Assembly (NCBI GenBank): GCA_049724395.1
Contig: JAUGWO010000156.1
Coordinates: 62,001-126,000 of the forward strand
From: Spongospora subterranea f. sp. subterranea
Lineage: Eukaryota
DNA length: 64,000 nt
Direction of reading: 5' to 3'
Of this stretch, positions 37,575 to 48,519 are shown piece after piece (within the stretch, counting starts at the first letter, position 1; each line of letters begins with the position of its first letter). The notes beneath the pieces are model-generated. The model saw only the letters and a list, made by a program, of their open reading frames with translations. It searched no databases and was not told the origin of the DNA. The position numbers and the translations under genes were made by a program.

Positions 37575-38937
37575 CGAGCCAAATAGAGTACAGCACCTGG
37601 GTTTATGGCGATTCTCCCACCGCAGTTATAAAGATTTTCGGCATCCGTGGCCGAATTTTGTCATTTTTGAGGTATTTTTGAATGAAAAAGGGGTAAATAA
37701 CGGAAAGGCAAAGTAGATCACCACAATATCGCGCTTTTTCAACGCAAGTACAATATTTTTACCAAAAACCAATGCTATTGACTTATTAAACTCTTTGGTC
37801 CCCTCTCTCGTGGCACAATTATACGCAACGACCTGTTGGATTCAAATAGAACACGATACGACAGTCGAATACTTCTGTGAGCACGTTTATGCCTCACAGC
37901 TGTTTTAACCATCAATACTTTGTTTTCTGAAGCTGAACTATAAACAAGTGTTAGGCACAGATCGCGTATTGCCGCTTTCGAATTCCCAAGCAATGAACAG
38001 GTTATGAAAGGCTACGAACTGCGACACGCTCAGAGCACCAGCCAATGAAGCAGAACACATCTATGCTAACCAAAGCTCAATCACAGCGTGCCAACTCCAC
38101 AATTACAGTAAACAAAAAACGAACACCAATGCATGATCCCGAAATCTTGCTGTCCAAATCAAGCATGACAGTCGCTGTAATTCGTCTGATTAACTACATA
38201 CATCCAAGGTTTCCTATAGCCAATATCAATCATTGACGCGCCAAGAGCGCTGTCCTTTCGTAACCGTTTTCATCATGAGTTCCCAGTCTGATGATCTGAC
38301 CTGTTTCATAAGTCCTTGTTCAATGATCCACGTCCGTACTATCAAACAGCGATGGCGACTGCAACGATATCACAATGAACAAGTTCATTGCGAATGTAGT
38401 TCGCGGCCTGTCGGCATATAATGAAGTGTCTGGAACGCTTGCCTCATTAAAACGCTACCCAATCACAGAGTACATTATTCATGTTTATTTCAAAGACGAA
38501 ATCATTCTCCGCTTATGGTATGTCTGCATGCTCTTCTATTTGCGAATTCGGTGTCATTACAGTCCTGATTCAAGGATCGTGTAGAGCGAACGTCCTGTTA
38601 GCTTGCATGCTGCAATCTAAATCGACAAGACCTTGGTGAAAGAGCAACTAACTTGAGAGGAAAGCGAATTCACTGGCGACAAACATCGCATCGACCACAT
38701 TGCTGAATACTTTGAAAATTTCCTGAGATGGGCGCGGTTAAGCTGCTCATTGAATGGGAACGCCTGAAAGTGCTGCCATGTACACGATCAATTCAAAATT
38801 GGAAACTTTTGCGCGTTGGAGGAAGGAACAATGTGCGGAGTTTGGGCCTTTGGGTCACCCATGTAACGTACACATATTTAGATAATAGCTCATCACATCT
38901 GAAATTCCTTCACTTATTTAAAGAATTCGCTAGACTA

Positions 38938-41900
38938 ATGGCGTCAGGTGTGAATGCATTTCGGCAGCAGTGCCTAAAGTCGCTAGGAGGGACGGTAACG
39001 GCTGCAGCCGCGTTATGCAAAAGACTTGGAATTAGAGATGATATTGCTCAAAAACTGCAGACCGGTATGTGGAATTCCTGCTTCCAAACTCAGCACGCTA
39101 CAACGATTTCTAGTTTCAATCGACGAATACATACAAACATTGGGGCCTGCAATCAACGATGTTCCGGTTGAGGTTTTCGATGACGCCGTCAGACAAACTG
39201 TCGGCCCTTCCCAAACCAGATTGCGATTTGACTTGTCTGCTCCGGCTATTGAGGCCTTGTCCGCTGAGATCATATCCAGATCTAAGGCGATAGAAGATGC
39301 CGTTGCCAATGTCCAACCAGGTATGGGATACGCGGCAATCAATGGATCATAGCAGATATAGATATTTCAGGTTTTCATACGTTCGAGAATACTGTCTTGG
39401 CTTTGGCAAAGCAAGAAAAAATGCTGTCTCCGTTGATAACTTCCATCGACTTTATGCAACATGTTCATACTGATAAGGAAATTCGTGAGGCGTCGACGGC
39501 AGCTGACAAGATTGTCACATCATATTTCGGTTTGAAACTGTCCATTCATTCTCGCGTTGAATAACGTTGATGGTGTTTAGTCGAAAGCGGGATGAGAAAA
39601 GACGTATATCAAAGCCTTCTTTCTTTCAAATCGTCACTCGAGAATAGCGGTTCGTCTTTGGATCCTGAAAGTACCAGGTTGATGGAGCGTTATCTTCGCG
39701 ATTTTCGCCGGAATGGTCTGGAATGTGACGAAGACGTTCAATCTCGGTAATGGCCCAATTCTTATGCGAAACTAAATCAATCATATTCTTTGTAGTGTGC
39801 AGGCTATTCAGAAGGAAATAGCACAACTGCAAATCCAGTTTCAAAGCAATTTGGGAGAGGAGGATACCAAACTGGTATTTGTGTTTTCCATCAATTGATA
39901 GTATTTTGTACTTATTTTCGAGTTTCCGAATTCAGATATTCAAGAAATCTGAACTCGACGGGCTTTCAGAGGATTTTATTTCAAAGTTGACTCCCGTTCC
40001 AGATCAGCCATCGACGTTCTACGTATCTCTCAAATATCCGGAAGTTTTACCTGTAATGAAACTATGCAAAGTAGAGTTGACCAGAAAGCAGCTTGAAGCG
40101 GCTTTCAACAGTCGATGCATCGATACCAACACGGTCATCCTCGAGCGCTTATTAGTCTTGCGACATGAGAAGGCTAAGCTGCTAGGGTACACTGATCATG
40201 CTTCATATGTTCTTGAAGTTCGCATGGCTAAAGATCCTGCTATCGTTAAAGAGGTGCTGTTCTCGATTTATCTTTGCGGTGGGCATTCCTTTTACTTTTT
40301 TTATTCAGTTTCTTGAATCGTTGAACAAAAAGCTTGATCCATTGGCCGCAGTAGAAATGAAAGAGCTCCTTGAACTGAAGAAATCGGAAAAGCAAGCCAA
40401 AAACGAGCCATTCGATGGTCGTATCAATATGTGGGACTTCTCTTATTATTTAAACCTCCGGGTAATTGTTTTACCATCGTCGCTATAGTTTTCAGCTAAC
40501 TGAGAAACTGTGCAGGAGAAGCAGAAATACGACATTGATCATGAACAGCTCAAATCATACTTTCCTCTTCAAGTAGTTCTCGATGGTCTTTTCACCATTT
40601 ATCAGAAGATGTTATCGTTGAATTTCACAAAAGTCAGTTTTGTTTAGCTTTCTCCTTATATCAGTAATTGTTTAATGACATTAAGGTGCCAAATGCGTCA
40701 GTTTGGCATGAAGATGTCAGCTTATATACTGCAACTAACACTAAAGATGACGCTTTGGTCGGATATTTCTACCTTGATTTACATCCGCGACCTGGTGAGC
40801 GCCCATCCTCATCACACTCAGTCTCCTGATCTACTCACAGGCAAATACGGGCATGCCGCTGTGTTTGGACTACAGCCACAGTGCAATAAAAATGGGATCG
40901 ATGGCGATGCTCCTCAAATTCCTGTAGCGGCAATGGTTGCTAACTTCTCAAAACCTTCTCCAACGTCGCCATCTCTGTTAAGACATCAAGAAGTTGTGAC
41001 ACTGTTTCATGAATTCGGTGAGCCCTTCGGTAGCAACTATTAGAGATGCTGAACCGGACTCTTTTCAGGCCATGTCATGCATCAGCTTTGTTCAAATGTT
41101 GAGTATGCTAAGTTTTCTGGCACCCGAGTTGAGCGCGATTTTGTTGGTAATCCCCTCACTTCGCAGAGAAGCAATTGTCTGATCATGTCCAGAATGTCCT
41201 TCTCAAATGTTGGAAAACTGGTGCTGGGAAGCAGTCCCCCTATCCATAATGTCAGCTCACATTGATGATGGTTCCAAAATCCCCGACGGTATCATCACAA
41301 AACTTATCGCCAGTAAAACTGCTAACGCAGGTCTTACCGAAAAGCGACAGGTGCTAAGCAATGTTGCCTGTTGATGTCGTCCCGCTGATTGCTTGGATAT
41401 CAGATACTGTTTGGACTTTTTGATCAACTTATTCATTCTCGCGCTGAGTCAAACACTCAGGTTGTACTTTCTCAGCTGCAGGTAATCTGCCAATCCCTCT
41501 GTGAACACTCTATGAATTCATTATTCCATCCCTGTATAGCAACAAATTCTTGGTGTCCCTGTCACACCGAACACGAATTTTGCTGCCTCGTTTGGTCACT
41601 TAGCGGGAGGCTATGATAGTCAATACTACGTATGTGCAAAAAATCCAATGTGGGATCGACTTAATAATGTGTTGTTTAGGGATATATGTAATTTCATGAT
41701 TTTTTTCATCGATTTGTGTCACTTGCCCATCGTTTTTTTAGGTGGAGTTCAGTATATTCATGCGATATGTTTGCCTCTCGATTCAAGGAAGGGAAGCTGC
41801 TGGATCCCATCGTTGGCGGTGAGTACCGAGAAATGATTTTGGCTCGAGGTGGATCTAGGGATGCCATGGACAGCCTCAAGCAGTTTCTTAGTCGCGAACC

Positions 41901-41943
41901 AAATGAAGTCGCGTTTCTCAAAGCCAAAGGATTACAAAAATGA
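38938..41943 (+). CDS. Thimet oligopeptidase/neurolysin (peptidase M3A), multi-exon
   Basis: 'VSLKYP', '[15 protein letters not shown]', '[12 protein letters not shown]', zinc motif '[14 protein letters not shown]', 'SGTRVERDF' and '[26 protein letters not shown]'. Confidence 0.93.
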
Positions 41944-42599
41944 TCAATCCATGCGAACTTCTGTTTTGGCGAATAAGATTTTTGTAAAGAATATCTGCTC
42001 ATTGACACTCCTTGTGGGCAATTTAAAAGAACGAATCTAACAGTAGTTTTTACTCGTCTGGTTATTCGCACAACCCAGAGGGCAGAATGTCTACACCGGT
42101 TACAGTATTTAGTCTTATCAACACTATGTAATTTGGAGAGTAAAAAAATGGTGGAGATCGTATCTTCACGTGGAGTATTTTTATCGAACGACTTTGTGTC
42201 CATAGAATCATGCTTCTCAGAATCCGATTTTTCTGATTGCATTTGCTGAACCGGTGAAGTCATTTTCACCTGTGCCTCAATGTCGAAATCGCCTCAACCA
42301 TATTACCGTTCTGGTTTGAACCGAACGCGTCCACCATCGATAACAGCGCATGCGCTGCGTAAACAATAAAATTTTCAGCTGGACTCGGATCCATTGTGTG
42401 GATTATTCAAGTCCATGGGGATTATTCCATGGACTTTCTTGACGTTGCAAGCGGCATCGACACCATAACAGCTAAACTGGACAGTATCTGTCCATGTTGT
42501 GAAGGACTTGATAAACTTGTCGGAGACCGCCAGAACGTAACGCCGGCAGTCGTCACCCCTATGTGTGTGATTCATATGGGCCTGCTCACGACTTCACAC

Positions 42600-45090
42600 T
42601 AAACTGGAAATCCTCAGCCAGAGTCTGCAGCGATGGAGGATGATGTTGACCATGCAGAGACCACAACTTCTCAAAGCAAAGAACTCCAAATGGAAATCAC
42701 AGCAACGTGTTCCTGTCGAAACTCGGACTATGTTGACGCGAAATCTCGCTTACTTGATTTACTTGAATTTTAATTGAACGGCACCACCGTTGTCGGTGTA
42801 GACGAATCACATTTCTGTGATTTCCATTTGGAGTTCCTTGATTGTGGACTCTGCATGGTCAACATCATCGGCCATCGCTGCAGCCTTTGCTTGTAAAATT
42901 ATAGGATATGGCATCAAATTCTGCCCAATACCTCAACCTCCCAAATCAATTTGTTACACAAACGCCATCGATTTGATGAGTCGAAATATTAAACTTCATG
43001 TTTTTTGAGATGCGTTAGTTTGAAAAAATGGTGTTGGATCCCATCTCCGTTGTTCCGGGATTGCGATACCACTCGGTGGCTGCGACAAAAAAGAGCGTCA
43101 AGCTCGTATCAACTCAGTCGCAAACGTCCTAAAAAATTACGAATTGGTTCAAACCGAGAAGTGCAGCAGCTGAAACTGTCGCCGAAGTTCTTGAAGCAGA
43201 ATCTTCGAACAGTGGACGAAACTTCTATAGACATACCAACCGCATTACAACTGTTAACACGCCTTACATCAGTGTCGAAAAACACCAAAGACGAAAAACG
43301 GCTCGTCCACGTGACAAAATTATGATCTCATAAGGAATCAAAGCATCGAGAAATACTTCCTAGGACTTGTTCAAGGGCTCTCGAGAACAAAAGCATCGTA
43401 CGAATCAGCAGCAAATGTATTTCCAAATTTAAATGCTACCTGGCACGGTAGAACGAAAATGGGCGGAATTGTTTAGGAGGAATCGGAGATTGCCCGACCA
43501 TAGCCAAGGTTTGCACTCCAAGGTAAAATCGTTTATTTGCGACGAAGACGTTGTCAATTAACTGTCGAAGTTGGCTTCGATCTCAAAGGCACGAATTGAT
43601 CTCAGCGCTTTCATTCTCAAAAATGGATTCAGGAGTCACTTCATTTACATCTGGAGTTGCCGCGCCCGATTATCATCTCTGAACGAACTGCGTCGAGATG
43701 GATGCATGTTCTTGGACTAAGCTATGGGGGCTCCCAGGAGGGGCTGTATCAAGATGTCCACGAAAGGGCCGACGTTGTGTCATAGCGACAGATTTTCTAC
43801 GGCGCATGAGGCACTACGATGATCGAATGATCAGATTCGTTGGGGACGATATGGAAGCTGAAATATTCCCTGACATTCCAGACGGAGTCAAGCAATGGTT
43901 CTTGTGACTCATGATGAATCTTGTTTTAGTTCTCATGGAGGAAAAAACACATCTGGATGGATGAAAGTCATTTACCCATACGTCTCAACGGGGAAGGAAA
44001 GAGTTTGATGGTATCGGAATTTCTTATGTCAATGCCATGATGCAAAGAAATATCACCGCAGCAGCAAGCATTGCATCTTCTAGTACAGATACCGTCAGCA
44101 ACCGTAACCATCATAGAGCCTGGGAAGAATGCCGACGGTTATTGGACCAATGCTGATTCGAAACAGCTTCATAGCAAAGTCATTCCGATTTTCAAGATTC
44201 TTCACCCCGGATTGCACGCGTCATTCCTATTCGATAATCCCCAAAATCATCGTTCTCTACCTCCGAATGCCTTGAATGCACGCGTGCTCAATCTTAGTGA
44301 TGGTGGAGTCACGACAAAAACCCCAACGAGATGGTTGGTATGTTGATGGCTCTGGTGTCAAACTAATTCAAAGATGCAGACCGAAGTCGGTATTCAAAAA
44401 GGGGTCCGATCAATTTTGAAGAAACGTAGTTTATGGGATATCATTATGTCTTTCGAAGGAGTTCGTAAAATCCTGCAGTCTCAGCCTGATTTTTAACAAC
44501 AGAAGCAATGGTTACAGGAGGTCGTTGAGTATCACGATGGATTTATGGTTGATTTCATCCCAAGTTTCATTGTGAATCAAATTTCATGCGTCCAAGAGCT
44601 ACAGTTCCGGACATCTTTTAACACCACAGTCATTTCAAATTGAAACAGAAATTGCGTTCGCAGATACATTGTGTGCGCACAGGTCGCACAACAATGTGCG
44701 ACTGTACACATGACATGTTGTTTTCCCAAATCAAAGATCGTGCGAACGGGCGAGCTTCTGTGACGCTTATAATCTTTTGACAGCATCCATGGTCAGCCTG
44801 TTGCCATCGGGATCGCCAAAGCGATAGGCGTCCATGTATCTGAAGCATTTGCGTGCAAACCGATGAATCTGGGACACGGTCACTGCCTGAAGTGCCAAGG
44901 GAACAACGCATTTCAAGTTTTTGAAAGATGTGTACAGTTTCTTCGTCTGTAGCTTTTGCACGCGGCCCAATACATCTCTATGAAATTGGATTCACAATGA
45001 AACTTAGGATAAAAATCAACCATAAATCCATCGTGATACTCAACGACCTCCTGCAACCATTGCTCCTGTTGTTGAAAATCAGGCTGAGCC
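42600..45090. mobile_element. Degenerate Tc1/mariner-superfamily (IS630-like DDE) transposon: + strand body to ~44587, 3' part and TIR inverted (44600-45090, - strand)
   Basis: 'LVTHDESCF', 'IIEPGKNADGYWTN', 'FLFDN', 'FYPKFHCESNFIEMYWAACK' and 'IHRFARKCFRYMDAYR', with many stops and frameshifts. TA followed by CAGTTCCGGACA at 44600 resembles a Tc1-type terminus. Left boundary approximate. Confidence 0.8.
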
Positions 45091-45199
45091 AATCGCGTTA
45101 ATGCTTCATTTGCGCGATCGTGCGCAAATGAAACATTAAGACACTTGCGCAACAACACAGATCCACAAACTCCATAAGCTAAAGGTTTCAACCGCCAGC

Positions 45200-45963
45200 A
45201 CAAACGCATAATGGCTCGATCGGAAACAGTCAACAAAAAAATTGAGCAAATTGCTGTTTTGCGTTCGTGGAGACATAAGAATGACGAATTGCACTTCAAG
45301 AGCTTTGGCTCGATAATGCCGATTACGCAAAAAATGTCGTCGGAACCACCTTTGATGGATTTATTGTTATAAATCATGCTTGAGGAACTTGTTGGATTTC
45401 AAAGATCGAGTTTTCGGACTGTTTTTGTGTTTACCGCAACTTCCTGGCTTCACAGTTCCACTGGAAGTTGCGGTAAACACATAAAAGTTCGAAAATCCGA
45501 TGTTTGAAATCCAAGTTCAGGAAGCAAAGTTTTATAACCATAAATCCATTAGAGGTTGTTCCGACAACATGATCTGCGTGATCTGCATTATCGCGCCAAA
45601 GCATTTGCAATGCAATTCGTCACTCTTGTGTCTCCAGGAACGTAAAACGGCAAAGTGTTTGATCCTTTTGTTGACCGTTTCCGATCGCGCCATTATGCGT
45701 TTGCGAAATTGCGGCACAAGGTGCAAGGCAGCCAACCGATGTATGTCGCCGCACAATCTTTTTATCGATATTCCGCCTGCGTCCTTGGCCGATGCGTTCC
45801 CTCCACGGCGCCAGTGATAAAGTGAATTATCTCGTTCTATCAGCGATTGATAGGCGGGCATTTGCCCCTCGTTGCCAAAAGCATACTGAACACAAAGGAG
45901 TATTCGACCGATGAGTAGATAAGCAGGTTGTAATGCGGACCTGGTACCGTAGGGTATCTTCAT
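45200..45963. mobile_element. Two tail-to-tail PIF/Harbinger-like (DDE_Tnp_4-type) transposase 3' fragments forming a ~240-bp-arm inverted repeat
   Basis: 'RIMARSETVNKRIKHFAVLRSWRHKSDELHCKCFGAIMQITQIMLSEQPLMDL' on -, with a diverged copy on +. Perfect inner arms tgtgtttaccgcaacttcc / ggaagttgcggtaaacaca around an 18-bp spacer. Confidence 0.7.
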
Positions 45964-46107
45964 GTAACAGTTTTTTGAAACATTAGGCTAATAAAAAACG
46001 GCAGTGACGTTACAGCGTAGAAACTGTGATGGATTCCTGTATTAGGAGTAATAGAGATACCACTATTCACATTAATTACCAATATAAATTTGTGAAATTG
46101 TCACGAG

Positions 46108-46733
46108 ATGCCGCTTTCAGAAGAACAAGTGCTTGAGACATTATTGGGCTTAGGATACCAAGAGTCGGAAAATCAATTTGTCTTTTCGGTAGAATCTGAA
46201 AGCCAATGATCAGGTCGGATATTCGTTCAGCTTACTCTGCATCGGGCGGAATGTCGATTTTGGTTATGGTGGAACATTTACGAAGCAAGATAGGTTTCAG
46301 CGAAACCGAGCACAAATTAGTTTTGATTATCAAATCCGATCCGGAGGCGTCAGTTGGTAGTGTGACCAGCGAATGTTGTCGCGCAGCAGCAAATGCATGC
46401 ATGGACCCTCAATCATCGGTAATACCTGCATATTTTGACTCAGATATGATATGTACCGTTTGCAGGAGTATATACCTTTATGGCGGAAACAGAACGAAAA
46501 AATTGTTTTACTCAAAGCGTTAACTGGAATAAATCTATTCCAACTCAGAGATGAATGCATGGAGGTTGGACTGCCAAACCAAATTATTCAAGTATATATT
46601 GCGCTGATTTGTATGACAATGGTGACATGAATAATATTTATAGGGTAATGGCTCCGGAATGGTGCTAGCTATTGGACCGGCGCCTAGTTCCCAAATAGAT
46701 CCAGTGACAAGATGCCTCATTGAATGGCCGTAA
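46108..46733 (+). CDS. UBA-like plus peptidyl-tRNA hydrolase 2 (PTH2)-fold protein, apparently catalytically degenerate (exons 46108-46163, 46214-46418, 46466-46591, 46644-46733)
   Basis: Spliced product 'LETLLGLGYQESDIRSAY' (UBA-like), 'EHKLVLIIKSD...SECCRAAANAC', 'WRKQNEKIVLLK' and 'GLPNQIIQGNGSGMVLAIGPAPSSQIDPVT' follow the PTH2 motif order. Confidence 0.75.
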
Positions 46734-46993
46734 CTTCTTGAATATCTCTTATAAAATCTCCATTGGACCCTAACAAAATCCAGTGTAAAGCTATTTGAGC
46801 TATCATTCGCGTGCTAAACCACCGCTCATGACAATTGAGAGCCGAAGTGCGAGGACAAAAATGTTGCCAACGCAGTGGGTGACTACCGGTAGCTGTGACT
46901 GACTGGTGAGTGGTGACCTGATCGGAGGCCGGGCGCGCTGTCATTCTTCGGGCTTTTACCTGACTGCTGTTCGTCAGTCCATATAACACTGCA

Positions 46994-48248
46994 ATGAGTG
47001 CCACGATTAGCGACCCGTTTAAAGTGGCACTGGTCCCTGAATGTGTAGATTGTGGGCCATTATCTAGCGGGGATCGGGTCGTCTTAGATCCGTCAGGGGG
47101 CAAATACGTCTGCGTAGACTGTGGTTTAGTACTTGGAGATCGACTAATAACGGATGAGAGCGAATGGAGGACCTTTAGCAGCGATCATGGCGCTGGCGGC
47201 GATGACAGAAACCGAATTGGTAACAGATTTACCTGGATTACTCTCATTATCAATTTATTATACAAATCTTATGATGCCTTTTCTGCCAACTATTGTTTGA
47301 TATCGCTCAATATATATACGACGTAGGTGGACCCGACAATCCACTGTTCGAAGATCGTGAACTGACATCAGGGATTGCTGCTGATTCATCCAATATGTAT
47401 GTTGCAGCGCCTGAGCAATCCTTTTTTTCCCTCACACCTGTGCGTCAATCCAAATTACAAAATGATTTACAAATGGCGTTAGGGGCTCCGCTCTAGGCAA
47501 ATGGCAAAGTATGGCGGCCGGGCGCGGCAGCGAAAGGTCCCTATTGGATGGCTTCGCAGAAATTGGAGAGTTCGGCCATCGCATGGATTTAAGCGATTCT
47601 GTCCAGCTGCGTGCCAAGGAAATCTTCAAAAGAATGCATGAAAGCAAATTGTTACGTGGACGCAACCGATTACTTATTGTGACGTCGTGTTTGTTTGTGG
47701 CTTGCCGAGATGAAAATGTTGACCGATCAAGAAAGGAGATGTGCCGGGTACATTGACGCTTGCAATTATTTGCAGTTTTTTTATTCTGCTACTTTTAGAT
47801 TACGGATATCGATTTGCGAGATTTAGGGCGCGTTGTACAGAAAATTCAGAAACACATGCGCACGATAACTGATGCACCTAATGCGATTGCGAGAGTGAAA
47901 CCCAAGAAACAGGCTGCGCCTGTAGCTGCAGTGTTTTTGAACCGATTCTGTTCGCTGTTGAACCTCAAACAATCATTTATCAATGCCGTCACAATTGTCT
48001 CAAATCGCGTGGAGCAGATGGGATTGATGACTGGCAGAAATCCAGCTACGTGCGCTTGCGCTTGCATATACATGGTATCTTTGCTGCAAGAGGAGACAAA
48101 AAGAGCGATAACGGATATTGCTGATGTTGCCGCCATTGCAGCCAGCACTGTCCGTATAGGTTATAAGACATTACATCCTTTTCGTCTCGATTTGATTCCC
48201 AAATCATACGCTGATGCAGCCACAGTTGAGACCTTACCAGTATTATGA
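46994..48248 (+). CDS. GTF2B: General transcription factor TFIIB, multi-exon
   Basis: Zinc ribbon 'CVDC...CVDCGLVLGDRLITDESEWRTFS', 'DRNRIG|GPDNPL', cyclin repeats 'CLFVACR' and 'GRNPATCACACIY'. Confidence 0.95.
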
Positions 48249-48519
48249 AGTTGAAAATATATATATATTGTATTTACCACCAGACTGTGCAAATTCATTA
48301 TCTAAATCAAACATTTCTCCCATGGATAAGCAATCAGATATGCGTTATCAAACCTGGAGCTACAGCAATTTTACCGAACTGGCAGTTGCTGTTTCTCCAA
48401 CACTGTGCATAGTCACTCACAGATTAAGTGTTCCTACAGAGTTCACTTGCTCACAGTTGCGGAGAATTGATCAATATCCCGGATCGGTATCCTTCACGGC
48501 TCACGCGTTCAATTGCACA

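Noticed and set aside
37740..38900. Unexplained ~1.1-kb spacer between mL53 and thimet oligopeptidase with short ORFs
   Set aside because: No motif, repeat or splice model I can support.
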